DNA from: Eledone cirrhosa
Taxonomy: Eukaryota
Reading direction: 5' to 3'
Length of the DNA: 64,000 bases
Assembly (NCBI GenBank): GCA_964016885.1
Contig: OZ024743.1
Coordinates: 328,166,001 to 328,230,000 of the forward strand
Part shown: positions 13,151-25,732 of the stretch, piece by piece
How the letters are laid out: the number at the start of each line of letters is the position of its first letter
Numbering within the stretch: position 1 is the stretch's first letter
Made by a program: the position numbers and the translations under genes
Notes under the pieces: model-generated
What the model was told of the DNA's origin: nothing
The model's database searches: none
Seen by the model: the letters and a program-made list of their open reading frames with translations, nothing else

Positions 13151-13228
13151 ATTACCTCATTACCAGAGGTTTCCCGAATAAGACGAATACGAAAGAAACG
13201 TCCTCATTCGTTCGTCGGACAAGGCAAT
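13151..13228 (-). ncRNA. type I hammerhead ribozyme in the PLE 3' pseudo-LTR (U4C variant)
   Basis: stem I auugccuugu/augagguaau; core CCGACGA; stem II cgaaugaggacg/cgucuuauucg; GAAA; stem III acc-ucu-ggu; GUA site. Confidence 0.65.
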
Positions 13229-14523
13229 ATAAAACATAGTGAAATATTTGGAAAGTCTCCTCAAGAAATGCAAAAAAAAAATATATATATAAATAAAAGT
13301 AATGCAATAGATATATAAAATATATAAAAAAACATAAGGAAATATAGTTAGGTGTGTGTATATGTATGTATATACACTCACAAATGTACATATGTATGTA
13401 TATACAAATGCGTGTGTATGGTGAAAATGTGTGCGTAAGTACATATATGAGGGCAAGTATATTTGTGTATATGTAACCACAAATACGGATATAATCTGAG
13501 TTGAAAAAGAAAATGATAATCTGGTTGACACGTATCCAGAAACAGGTATTAGATACACATATGAGTATGAAAGCACGCGTATAAACACACACGCGCGATC
13601 ACTTATATGCGGAAGATAAAGAGGGAAGGGAGTGTAATAGTTAAAAGAAAGTGTCATTCTCGATATATGTATAAAAATGAAACAATATATGAGAAAGAAA
13701 AGCATTTTAAAATGAAAGAGAAAGTAGTCAATTAACACTAGAGAAAAGAAAAGAAAAGAAAAGAAAACAAACAAGGTACACGCGTACATATACATATATC
13801 TATAAACAAATATATATACACGCAATACGTACAGACAAAAGCGTATGCATGCGTACATACACACACAGGATGCACATATATATATATACATACATATCGC
13901 CCCATGTATATCTAATCATACGTACGTACGCGACTGTATATACATATATATATATACATATACACGCACACATTCATACCCATACATACAATACATATAT
14001 ACACACATACACACATACATATTCACGTACATTGACCCGCTTACACGCACACACATAAAAATAAGAATGTAAAAAACATAGATGTAAAAACACAGATATA
14101 AAAAAACACACATACATACACATATATATACACGCACGCATGCGCACATACGGAGGCGTTCGTGTACATATACAGAACGTATACACATATAAAGACACTC
14201 AGACTCATAGATACATAGTATAAAGCAGCCTTATGAATAAATGAGTACAAATATAAAAATATAAAATTGGCTGCGAAATAACAGAAAATATCTGGAGTGG
14301 AAAACGCAAGTGACCTGTCTAATCAGGTAGTAAAGAAAATAGGGAAGTAAAATGTGGAATGTGAAGATATTAGGTAAGTGAATCGAAGAATAAAGGGGGT
14401 GGGTTTACTGGTGGATGTGAAGTAAAAATAAAAATAAAAATAAAATTAATAATAAGGTTAAAAATAAAATTAAATCAGAAATAGTAGTCTTTAAAGAGAA
14501 TAATTTAAGTGAAGAATAAGAGC

Positions 14524-16545
14524 TTATGGAGGATAAGTATCTGAAAGTGAGTTAAGTTTATATGAGCTGGAAAACAAGTGTGATTTCATGTGTGGGCAAC
14601 TGGTGAAAATTTCTGTTTTTGTATTTAGGCAGGTTTTTGGTGATTTAAGGTTTTGTAAAATCCAATATTTTTCATTTATGCAGAGTGTGCATTTTCTTGT
14701 TCCTCTTGCATATTCTTTAGATTGGTTCAAAATTGACCAATCCAATTTATATTGGATACCTTGGTCTTTCAAATCCCATATTCTGCTAGCCAGAGCTGTT
14801 GTGAATCTTTTTTCTGGATGTCGGAAGGATGCGACATGTGAGTAATAACGCGTTTTGAATTTGTCTTGTGTCATACCCACATATCGTTCACTGGTGGCTG
14901 GTTGGTTGTTGCTGATGGTTGTCACTTTAGCCGCATATACAATGGCTTTGGTGTTGCATTTACCTTGTAATGGGCATTCACTTTTGACTCTACAGGAGCA
15001 ATTTTGATGTTCTCTAGGTGATTTTTTGTTGATGATGTAAGATTTAATAGGGGGACCGCAGGAGTAGCTAATTTTGACACAGTTTCTATTGAAGATCTTA
15101 TAGTATCTATGTGTTCTAGGGAAATGTTTATCTAAGAGCTCTCGGAATTTTTTGCCTACATTAGTTTTAACTGCTAGAGAGTAGGGGAGTGTGAACCAGA
15201 TTATTTTTCTTTTCCTATTTTTATGTTTAAAAGAGTTAGTATAGTTGGGTATGTACTTAATCGGTTCGCTAAATCCGCTATTTTGGAGGGCTTTATTATA
15301 GTAGGGGGATGCCTTATTGAAAATAGCTTCTGAGGAAGAGAGGGTGGAGATCCTACGGCTAATATTAGGGATAAGGTTTTTAAAAACTATAGGAGGATGG
15401 CAAGAGCCTTTATTTATATATTTTAAATTTTCATTAGGTTTATGGTATGGTTTATAAGAAGCGGTAGGCAAATCTAGGTTTATATCTAGGAAATTAACAT
15501 TGGAAAGGTTAGTGTCAATAGTAATTTTAAGATTAAAACTAGCAAAGGTTTTTATTAAGTCTTTCCTTAATCTATCTAAGTTATGGCCTATGGTGGTATG
15601 GGAAAGTATTAGATTATTGTCGCGATAGAGCCCAAAAATATGGTTAGGGAATTTTTCTTTAAGTGTGTGTAGGAGGAATGGGCCGACTAAATCACAAACA
15701 TCAGCACTGTCAAAAGAGCCCATTGAGACATCGAATGGGCTCTCTGGGTTAGATATTTTTACCCAAGTGTCATTATCAGTAAAGAGTAGAGTGTTTCTAG
15801 CGTGCAAGATGACATTCTCTTCAATATCAGAGATATTGGTAAACTTTCTAGCGAAATTTAAAGCTTTCGTTAAAAGAGTCTGAGTGATAGATGGGTAGAA
15901 ATCTACAATGTCAAATTGGGTGAATCTAGAACTATTTTTATCTTTAATTTTATTAAACCAATGTACTACGGAAGAGCTATTTATCCATTGGAGTAATTTA
16001 GACTTACTTCTAATGTGTGTGTTTATATTATTTAAAAGTTTTTCTGTCCTATTATCTATTTTTAAAGAAACAGCTAATTCTTTAGCTTCCTTATTTATAT
16101 TATGATACATGTTTATATTAGCTATTTGGTATTTAGAGGTGATGTTATCTATTAATAGTTGGTCGTGTAAATTATTATTAACTTCGTATACGTTTTTAGT
16201 TTTGTCGGAGAAAATGAACTTATTTTTAGAAGATTTGAATATTGAAATATCATTAGATAGTTTAGATTGAAAAGGGTTAGAGTACTTACGAAAATTGATA
16301 TTGTTGATTAGATTAACTAAGTCTAGTTCAAAAGCGGTCATATCTTTTACTCTTTGCGGGTATTTATGAGTTTTGATGTCAAAATGTTCCGTAGAATCTG
16401 TGTTAAAGTGTCCATCGAGAATCAAAGCTTTCCATCTCATTCTTTTAACAACCTTCTCAACTTTGTCTATCAGCATTTTCGTGTAGAAAGTGTTAGAAGG
16501 TGTTGGGATATTCTTGATAGAGTAATCCAAAGGGTATTTATCCAT
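14524..16545 (-). CDS. PLE reverse transcriptase + C-terminal GIY-YIG endonuclease, 673 aa, probably RT-dead
   Basis: SIKNIP, DKT, FDIVDFYPSI, GSFDSADVCDLVG, GLYRDN (normally YRDD), CSCx5CPLxGxC, IVY...YVG..T...FKTR...H, CTLC.NE, CPH. Confidence 0.88.
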   Translation of the reverse strand: MDKYPLDYSIKNIPTPSNTFYTKMLIDKVEKVVKRMRWKALILDGHFNTDSTEHFDIKTHKYPQRVKDMTAFELDLVNLINNINFRKYSNPFQSKLSNDISIFKSSKNKFIFSDKTKNVYEVNNNLHDQLLIDNITSKYQIANINMYHNINKEAKELAVSLKIDNRTEKLLNNINTHIRSKSKLLQWINSSSVVHWFNKIKDKNSSRFTQFDIVDFYPSITQTLLTKALNFARKFTNISDIEENVILHARNTLLFTDNDTWVKISNPESPFDVSMGSFDSADVCDLVGPFLLHTLKEKFPNHIFGLYRDNNLILSHTTIGHNLDRLRKDLIKTFASFNLKITIDTNLSNVNFLDINLDLPTASYKPYHKPNENLKYINKGSCHPPIVFKNLIPNISRRISTLSSSEAIFNKASPYYNKALQNSGFSEPIKYIPNYTNSFKHKNRKRKIIWFTLPYSLAVKTNVGKKFRELLDKHFPRTHRYYKIFNRNCVKISYSCGPPIKSYIINKKSPREHQNCSCRVKSECPLQGKCNTKAIVYAAKVTTISNNQPATSERYVGMTQDKFKTRYYSHVASFRHPEKRFTTALASRIWDLKDQGIQYKLDWSILNQSKEYARGTRKCTLCINEKYWILQNLKSPKTCLNTKTEIFTSCPHMKSHLFSSSYKLNSLSDTYPP

Positions 16546-16791
16546 GTTCAGTATTGGTTTAAAATCCTATTGACTAAAGAGTGCTCGACTTTAAAAGGGC
16601 TGGAAGGTGCCAATCTCATAAAAATGTAGAATATGCTGCGATCATTCCCTTGGAAGCTGTATAAGTATTGAAGTTTCCGTTGAAAATTGAAAAAGTCATA
16701 GGAGTGAAGAGTGCTCTATGTAAGTACCAGAGCAAAATTTAATGTATAATAAACAATACAATATAATTACCAGAGGTTTCCCGAATAAGAC

Positions 16792-16849
<58 letters not shown>

Positions 16850-16911
16850 GAAGTATTTCCGTAGGAAAGGTAAAGGAAAAGAGAGTGCTCTATGTAGGCT
16901 ACAGAGCTTTT

Positions 16912-17108
16912 TAGTTATGTAATAAACAACATAAGATAATTAATACATTTACCAAAGGTTTTTTAAAGACAAACGAGCTTATGTCTGCCTTCAGTCATCA
17001 GGACGAATTTAATTCGTTCTGATGACTGAAGGCAGACATAAGTTCGTCTGTCTTCAAGAAACCTTTGGTAAATGAATTAATTATCTTATGTTGTTTATTA
17101 CATAACTA
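16912..17108. repeat. ~97-bp-arm palindrome made of two back-to-back PLE pseudo-LTR segments
   Basis: tagttatgtaataaacaac...gacgaatt|taattcgtt...gtttattacataacta; a truncated relative lies at 26292-26350. Confidence 0.9.
17010..17079 (+). ncRNA. type I hammerhead ribozyme
   Basis: stem I uaauucguu/aaugaauua; CUGAUGA 17019-17025; stem II ugaaggcagac/gucugucuuca; GAAA 17058-17061; stem III acc-uuu-ggu; GUA site at 17070. Confidence 0.8.
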
Positions 17109-17114
17109 TAACTA

Positions 17115-17184
<70 letters not shown>

Positions 17185-17188
<4 letters not shown>

Positions 17189-19047
17189 GGAGTTGTATTT
17201 AATTTGTTGGAATTCCGACAAACATAAATATTTATAACTGATATAGAGCACTCAACAAGTTACTGGAGTAAATATTCCAAGATAGTAATAAATGGAAACT
17301 ATATTTATAAAACCATATTTATTTTATTATATATATTTCAAGGGCGACCAAGCAAATCTTGGTGCGCTTTCATCAGATAAAATACAAATTTGTTTTATAA
17401 ATAATGACATACCCATGGAAATCACATCTTAACAGTCCGCAAATTCGCTGGATAGTGGAAACTTAGGGTAATTCAAAGTAATGTGTGAATATGCAAATGA
17501 ATGTATGAAAAATTGAAAAAAAAACGTTTATTTAAACTACGCTGGGGGAGGATGAGAAGAAAGAGAGAGCGAAAAAATGACTGTTATGAGATATATAGAG
17601 AAATAGAGAGAAGAGAGAAATTTAACAGAGGATGAACTCATATAACGTAAATAAGTCTTAAGTTTATATAAAAATTACGTCTATTTAGTAATTATTTTGT
17701 TGTTAGAATTCTAATATAATACAATATAATATTAAGTTTTATAGGTATAAAGAAAAAATAGATATATAGAAAAAATAGATATATAGAAAAAGTAAATATA
17801 TAGAAAAATATAAGAATATATATTGAAAATATAAGAATATATATTGAAAAATAAATTGAGAATAAAAAAGATAGAAAAAATATAGATAGAAGAATATATA
17901 TATGAATAGAGGAATGGATATATGAGTGGATGTATGGGTATATTCTGTTATAGATAATTGTTTTAATAAATTATGAGGGATACTGGTTTATATTTAGTGT
18001 AAGTAATTAAATTAACTGAGTTAATATGAATATTTATATGTTTTTAATATTTTAAATTGGGAAGATAGTGAAAATCCCAATTTTGTTTATTTATTAGTTA
18101 GTATGAGACCATTTTGACGTATAAGTTTTGAAAGATATATTTAGCCAGAAATTAGTTATTGGTTATATTAAAAAATATAAAAAAATATTTAAAAAATTAA
18201 AATATTAAAAAATATAACATAAAAATATTAAAAGTTCTGGAAAAAATTCTGGAAAAAATAAAAAAAAATTTTTTTAAGAATCTCAAAAGATACTAAAAAA
18301 AAACCTTTTTAAAAAATACTTAAACTATTTAAAGTGTTTAAAATTATTTAAAATTACTTTAAAATATTTAAAAATATTAAAAAAATTTTTTAAAACCTTT
18401 AAACAAAATAATTTTTTAAGAAATAAATAATTTAAAAAAAATAGGTAATTAAAAAAAATAAGTAATTTTTAAATAAATGAGATATTTTGGAAGTAAAATA
18501 AAAAATGAAAGATTTATGGAGTAAAGAATAAAGATGTAAAAAATATTAAGCAGTAAAGGATAAAGATTTAATAAGTAAAATATAAGTAAAAATATTAAAA
18601 TTAAAATTAAAATTTAAAAAATTTATAAAAATTTATGATCATATATGTATATAATATAAGAAATTTTAATATAAAAAATAAAAAATATTAAAATTAAAGT
18701 TAAAATTAAAATTAAAATTAAAATAAAAATAAAAAAATAAATTAAAAAAAAAAAAAAATAAAAATAAAAATAAAAAAAAAATAAAAAAAAAAATAAAAAA
18801 AAAAATAAAATAAAAATTATGATCATATATGTATATAATATAAGAAATTTTAATAAGTGAAAATTATAGGCATTGGAATATATCGAACAATATGTAGAAA
18901 AATTATAAGTGTAATTATATTTTATATATATTTTTAAATGTTGAATTTAGGCGATGTTTACAAGAACTAAATAAATTCATACGTATATTAATAGAGTTCT
19001 TACATTTAAGTATGAAGAAAATTTCCTCAACACACAATTTGCAAAAT
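17185..19047 (-). mobile_element. 5'-truncated PLE: GIY-YIG C-terminus, long AT-rich 3' region and pseudo-LTR
   Basis: CKLCVEEIFFIL...LFSSCKHRLNSTFK at 18915-19047 matches the 59818-60135 ORF; 17185-17420 is homologous to 58182-58300 and 60550-60760. Confidence 0.8.
17320..17384 (-). ncRNA. type I hammerhead ribozyme with minimal palindromic stem III
   Basis: stem I uauuuuau/auaaaaua; CUGAUGA; stem II aagcgcaccaag/cuuggucgcccuu; GAAAUAUAUAUA (AUA site). Confidence 0.75.
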
Positions 19048-19206
19048 CTAGATAAAGCTATATATATATAACAAAGGAATTGTGGTAAGGAACCAGATGG
19101 ACCATAACGCACCAGAGTACTCAATACTTAGGGTAGTAGAGTGGGAAATAGGAAAAAGTATGATCCCGACGGCAGAGCTCAAGCCGTTTTGACGGCTATT
19201 TCTGGA

Positions 19207-19237
<31 letters not shown>

Positions 19238-19418
19238 AAATAACACCCACTCATATACAGGGTGTCGCCCCCTAAAATGTATACACAGTTTGATTACCTG
19301 TACAGGCAATATTTATTAGAATGCTGTTGATGTGTCTATACATTTTTTTGTATACACGTGTGTTTATTTGAGGAGTAGTCACCCAGTGTCAACATAAGTT
19401 TTACACCACTATCCTCAC

Positions 19419-19670
19419 CTACATAGACTTGAATAACAGTTATAATTGTAGTGGTAGTGGCAGTTTCCTTCACATACACTCTCGTTCCATTATAGTAAAT
19501 TACTTAACAAAATTAACCAATGAAACCAATCTATTACATAAAACCTACCAATGAAAAGCCATTAATAGCTTTCCTCTCTATCTTCAACTGAACCGAAGTA
19601 AATAGTTCCAAACTATATGACGTCACAACAACTTGTATAACAACAATATTGCTATATATCACGTGTGGCA
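19419..19670 (-). promoter_or_regulatory. putative promoter and non-coding first exon of a minus-strand gene
   Basis: three CCAAT boxes (19518-19552), CRE TGACGTCA at 19618-19625, E-box CACGTG ~19660; AG|GTGAGG donor at 19419/19418 on the minus strand. Confidence 0.35.
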
Positions 19671-20169
19671 ATTATTGTTTTAATATATATATACATATAC
19701 TGCTGGATACTTGACAGGGTTGTATTATAATTGAATGTATATATATTATGTTATAGTGTATACATCTTAAGGAAGGATTTTCTTTAACAGAATATATATT
19801 GATTAAAAAGCCTAATTCCTACAGTATTCGGTCATCTGAGACGAATTATATAATATTCTAAAAAGAGTGTCACTCAAACGAACGTTGGTTACTTTAGGTA
19901 AACACTATATGAGTAGGAAACCCCAAGGTAACTAAAATATTAATATTTCTTCTGTATTCTAATCTTTTACTTTCACATCCGTCTCTCTTCCTTTCTTTAA
20001 AAACAAATTAATATTAAAAGGCAATAATACATTGATTTGATTCAGTCAAATTTACGGTTGTGTACGTTACAGTACCAGTTAAGTAATGGGTTTGATTTGA
20101 TCCACTATAACTTCCTATTAAATTTTAGGCTTTGCGCTTATACTAGAAATCAAGATTATTTAAATATTA

Positions 20170-20630
20170 TAAACTGGCACTCCGTCTGTTACGACGACGT
20201 GAAATTAACGTGCACGTAGATGAGCATTCCACAAACACGCGTACTCTTGACATAGGGAGATTCAGCGTGACACTGAATGTGACATGTTTGGCCTGTCGAA
20301 TTACAGGTACAACTCATTTTTTTCCAGCTGAGTGGACTGGAGCAACGTCAAATAATTGTTTCTACTTTTGGCACAAGGCCAGCAATCACCCAGTGCATTA
20401 CTGCTACTTTATTTTATCGACCCCGTAAGGATGAAAGGCAAAGTTAACCTCGGCGGGATTTGAACTCAGAATAGCAAGGGCCGTAACTCTATACGTCAAA
20501 GCATGGCGTCCGACCCTCTACCGATACTGCCAATCCAGTTCAAGGACACAACGTTCCGCTGGGAATTTAACACACGACCTTACAATCGTGAACCGAATAC
20601 CCTAACCACTAAACCACGCGCATTCTACAT
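20170..20630 (-). mobile_element. CORE-like SINE with a Meta-like SINE nested inside (~20355-20535)
   Basis: the host SINE is interrupted between ggagcaacgt and caaggacacaac by a copy of the 7640 family. Confidence 0.7.
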
Positions 20631-21289
20631 ACATGAATAATTATGTTAACAAAACAATAGTTTGATTATAATGGTAATTGACATTTTGAAAATAACATTT
20701 ACAGCCGGGGAAAAGGTTGTAAATAGTGAAATACAGAAAAGCCAGATAAATGATAAGCAAAGCCTGCGAGGAAAAAGGCGAGGTAGAGAGAACAAAACAA
20801 CCCCACCTCAAAAAAGAAAGGAAAATTATGTTTATTCCAATAGATTGCATACAAATAAACATAATTTATAACTTTTAAAAAGAGAAAACCCCCACTAAAT
20901 GTGGGTGAAAACACGCCATCACAAGAGGGACTGGACTATTGGATTTTCACTCGAATAATTATTGTAGCGGATGATAGCGATGCTATGATGGGATAACCAA
21001 ACACCTTCGGATAAAATATTAAAGCTAGCTAATAACTATCAAAGTATATAGAATGGAGAGATATAGAAGTAGGAACGGGTTGAAATAGAAGAATTAACTC
21101 ATAAAATCACCATTGTGGTAGAATTATGTAACAGTGAAAGTAATAACGCGCGCTGGCGTACTGAACACATGGAATAGGTCACTCGAAGGTGCATTTTAGT
21201 GAGACTCATATACTTTTACTAAACACATGGATGATAATAGGTTATTGAGGGTGGGAAACCGAATGAGAAGAAAAATAAATAAATAATAA

Positions 21290-21638
21290 TTCTACACTCG
21301 GAAGTAAATAGGCGAGGCTACCAATAATGTACCATCGCACTGTAAGTATTTGATTATAAAGAATATTCGTTAGTTAATTTTACCAATGAGTGCGTGTAGA
21401 TCAGTCTTCCTCCCACCACTATATTGTGGGTGATGGTGATGTTGGCGGCGGAGGTAGCTAAGGCGCATTGCCGAGTCTTTGTTGCACATTTTAACTACTA
21501 CATACATACACGCATACAGTAGATGATCAAATTACCTACTATATTGTATTTTATATATATTTTACAAAAACACCACAACCGTTGTTGGATTGCCAAAGAT
21601 CTGTTGTCATCACTTCATTTATTTTATAACATGTAAGT
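21290..21638 (+). promoter_or_regulatory. putative promoter and 5' UTR exon, possibly of PHKG
   Basis: ETS-like CGGAAGT ~21298, CCAAT at 21321 and 21383, locally CpG-richer non-repetitive DNA, GTAAGT donor at 21633. Confidence 0.35.
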
Positions 21639-22165
21639 TCGGCTGATGTTGCGCTAATTTTAATATTTATTCTATACAGGTGTAAGTTTGTGTCTTTCAA
21701 ATACGTTGCATGTACTAATCAATACTCTTGTATTACTGTGTGTGTTTCTGATGTATATATAATCTATTTTGTGATAATTTCAATTATATTACCGTCAAAA
21801 GAATTACGTTATAAATTTTTGCCTAATTGTCATAATACTGTCCCAGACGAATATAAATCCGTGTTATCTATTTGGTCTTATCTGTCCTCCTCACCCGCTT
21901 GCGCAATCCGATTATTATATAACTCTATGAACCGCGGCTATATATGTATATATAAACATATGCATCTACACTTCACTTTTCTGTCGTACTACACAAAACA
22001 CTATATATATATCAATCAAAAAGTCATATATATATCCGTACATACACAGATCACTATCTATATATACACGCAGACATATGTGTATTATATACACAGGTGT
22101 GTATGTTATATACTCATGTGTATATAATACACGTTATATACTCGTGTATATATGATATACACACG

Positions 22166-22197
<32 letters not shown>

Positions 22198-24193
22198 TGT
22201 GTATATATATATATATACCATACATATACAACACAGACAAACCGCACACACTATTTTAATAGGAGTGAGATATAATTATCAGGTGTCTTGTCTTTGCGAT
22301 TGTCTTAAAATACCTATTTTTTCTCCTTCGGTAAGTAGTTGGTATATTGCTGCTGTTGTCAATGTTATTTTACCTTTTAACTAACTATTGAGCATCAGAA
22401 CTTGCGAGAAGATGTAACAAAAACTACCACGCGCACTCACTCATACGACAGAGCTGTTTTTTTTCTGTTGTTGATAAAATAATTACCAAGGTTAAATAAA
22501 TCTCTCTTTCTCTGTCTAACCAACATTACTTTTCACTTCCCTAAAAAAATCTAGAAACCAAAATATTCTATAAATATTACGACTAGATGTATTTGTAGCC
22601 TTCAAATTATCGAATCATGTTGTCGTTATACGTTGATCTATTGTATATTTGGTATGTTTTAAACGAAACATGTTTACAAACTAGTTTGTTTATATATTTA
22701 GTTACGCTTGACAACTTTAAACCACGCTCTATTTAATTAATGTAACAGTAAATGTTCGATGTTTTTAGTTTAAGTTTAGAATGATATCAGCCTACTTTTC
22801 AAATCAGCTGTGGTCAGTGTAATAGTTTGCTTTAAATAACCCGCACACCACAGTTTCGTAACACATGATTTTCAGTTTCAAGAAGAAAATAGCTGACTAA
22901 TTCTCATTATAGTAAATTAAATCATGGCATTATTTATACATCGTTAAGGTATTTCAATAGAGAAGAACATTATTTAATATGTTTCGATCATTTCCTTAAA
23001 GTCTTTAGCAATTTTCTTTCTAGGTGAATAATTTTCTCATATTTCACTTGAAAAAAATTTTTTTATTCACAGTTGTATAAATAACATTACAAATGAAAAA
23101 AGAAGTAAAAATGATCACAATTCTTTCAGAATGAAAATATAAACACATATTAAATACAACTAACTAATGCTAGGAACCTTATAAATATAACGTACCAAAA
23201 TATACGATCAAAGCGAGAGAAGGAAATGTCATGAAATTTGTTCGTTGTATTTGACAATGATTAATTCTCGTAGCATATTATACTTGACCATTGATCAGAA
23301 CCTTCTTAAAATTTAAAGAGTTAAACTAAATAACATTACAAATTGTTTATAATTTATCCTCGGGTCTCGATTAATCGGCGAAATTTTATTTTAAGTGGTA
23401 GCATTCCCGCGACAATTAATTTTCTTTATACATGACGAAAACGTACATTACTAGAAATCCCGTATGTTATAGAATAAATAGAATGGGTTGGGGTCTCAAT
23501 ATGTAAACTGAACGACTAATTCTGGTTTTAAAAAAAATCGACAACCTAGAAACAGCGATTTTCCACTCCCTCTTTTGCTTCTTCACCCCTCTATAAATAA
23601 CCCAAGAGTACATAAATATTCCACATTAAAATATAAATTCAAAAAGAAAGAAAATATATTATAATCATGATTTTTCATAGAATTCATGGAACCTTATAAA
23701 TATAATACACAAAAATATACAATTAAAGCAAAAAAAAAAAAAAATCATCAAAAAAGCAATACGTCAATCGGTCACCCACCACGAGGGACACTTAATGCGT
23801 CAATCGGTCACCCACCACGAGGGACATCGGAACTTCCTTGTAATATTTTTTGAGACAAGGAATCATGAATGAAACAAATTCAACCTATCATCATTTTAAT
23901 CACCTCCGCTGTCCCTGTTCCCATCTTTTTTATACTGGATAAGTAAATACAAATGGCAAACGGAATATATATATATATATATATATATATAATAAAAAAA
24001 TTGAACAGGAACAAAACAGAGAGGCAGTACAACGAATGTTTATTAATTTCACGCTCTTGAGAGTGGGGTGGCGATGGTGGGGAACAACATATATATATAT
24101 ATATATACAGAGAGAGAGGGGTGGGTGGGTCGGCGCGGTGCTGTGATGGGACACAAGCCGAAACTGCTAGGCAACCGCGGTTGGGATTTTACA

Positions 24194-24242
<49 letters not shown>

Positions 24243-24249
24243 TGGTAGT

Positions 24250-24559
24250 CACTGATCTGTCCAGTTCGTAGGCTACCAACATATCATGAACAATTATACA
24301 TCACATATGTATTTTGTCTGAAGAGGACATGTTCCGCTTTATGTTATACATATAATAGTAATATATATATATATATATAATAGTAATAAACGAAAGATAT
24401 AAACTTAATATCATCTCTATTTATTTCAATATATATATTTCGAACATGCAAAGTTTTATGTATAACATAAAGCGGAACATGTCCTCTTCAGACAAAATAC
24501 ATATGTGATGTATAATTGTTCATGATATGTTGGTAGCCTACGAACTGGACAGATCAGTG
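24250..24559. repeat. ~100-bp perfect inverted repeat of a hammerhead-bearing element
   Basis: actgatctgtcc...atgttatacata (24251-24352) versus its reverse complement at 24457-24559. Confidence 0.9.
24422..24498 (-). ncRNA. type I hammerhead ribozyme motif (U-U at first stem I pair)
   Basis: uauuuugu CUGAAGA ggacaugu...gcauguuc GAAA uauauau A uugaaaua. Confidence 0.6.
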
Positions 24560-24827
24560 TGTGTGTACGTATGGGTAAACAAAGGTGAAAGAGACAAGAA
24601 CAGTTGTTCTTAATAAAATGAATATATGTGTGTGTATATATATATTCAAGACCCCGACGGCAGAACTCGAGCCGTTTCAACGAGTCCAGAAATAGCCGTC
24701 GAAACGGCTTCAGCTCTGCCGTCGGGATCTTGAACATTTTATTTTCCTATTTTCCACTGTACTACCCTAAGTATTGAGTACTCTGGTGCGTTATGGTTCA
24801 CCTGTTTCTTCACCACACTCCCTTCGT

Positions 24828-24867
<40 letters not shown>

Positions 24868-24954
24868 AATATATATATATATAAATATATATATATATAA
24901 ATATATATATATATAAATATATATATATATAAATATATATATATAAATATATAT

Positions 24955-25297
24955 ATCATCATCATCATCATCATTTTACGTCTGCTTTTCCCTGCTTGCA
25001 AGGGTGGGACGGGAACTGATTCTGGCTTGATTTCTACAGCTGGATGCCCTTCCTAACACCAACCTCATTTACAGTGAGTGCTGGGTGCTTTTTTGCCGTG
25101 GCACCTCCACGACCACTTTACAGTGGAATGATAGGGACCTCAGTCCCTATCATCTCATTTCTACAGCTGAGTAAACTGGAGCAATGTGAAATAAAGTGTC
25201 TTGCTCAAGGAAACAACACATCACCCGGTCTGAGTATTGAACTCACAACCTTTCGATTGCAAGCCCAATGCTCTAACCACTAAGCCATGTGCCTCCA
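24955..25297 (-). mobile_element. composite SINE: tRNA/CORE head + hairpin linker + RTE 3' tail
   Basis: near-identical copies at 30622-30916 (+) and 35907-36176 (-); tail matches the RTE at 32695-32850. Confidence 0.8.
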
Positions 25298-25422
25298 TGT
25301 GCTATATATATATATTTATTTATATTTATATATATATATTTATTTATATATATATATTTATTTATATATATATATATATTTATTTATATTTATATATATA
25401 TTTATTTATATTTATATATATA

Positions 25423-25679
25423 CTAGCAGAATGGCCCGGCGTTGCTCGGGATTTGCTCTAGGGTTCTTATATATTTATCCTTATCGAGCCTCGTGAAATA
25501 AATACGTTTGTTTATATTTTGTTATTGTGTATGCAAAAATATCTGTACACGAATATCTATATTAAAATAACAGATTAAAGTTTAAGCAAAGAATCGCTGC
25601 TTTCACCCTTAACGGGATCTTCTGAAACTAAAAAAATCAATCTGTGAACGCAGATGTAAATATTTCGAAAAACGTTACA

Positions 25680-25680
<1 letters not shown>
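25423..25680 (-). mobile_element. Helitron-like 3' end and associated repeat
   Basis: minus strand: hairpin cccgagcaacgccggg followed by CTAG|T; internal part is shared with 10230-10395 and 12300-12505. Confidence 0.55.

Positions 25681-25732
<52 letters not shown>

Larger units (their letters stand above)
13100..16795 (-). mobile_element. Penelope-like retroelement (Naiad-type) with partial pseudo-LTR duplication, flanked by (TA)n
   Basis: RT+GIY-YIG ORF; 13130-13189 is repeated at 16743-16795 upstream of the ORF; hammerhead in the 3' copy. Confidence 0.88.

Noticed and set aside
14524-16545. Selenoprotein-type Naiad (in-frame UGA at conserved Cys plus SECIS)
   Set aside because: The conserved Cys positions in this ORF and in 59818-60408 are ordinary Cys codons; there is no in-frame UGA
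24654-24727. Long GC-rich hairpin with GAAAC as a ribozyme or pre-miRNA
   Set aside because: No CUGANGA; the copy at 19077-19210 has only one arm, so it is best explained as a local fold-back
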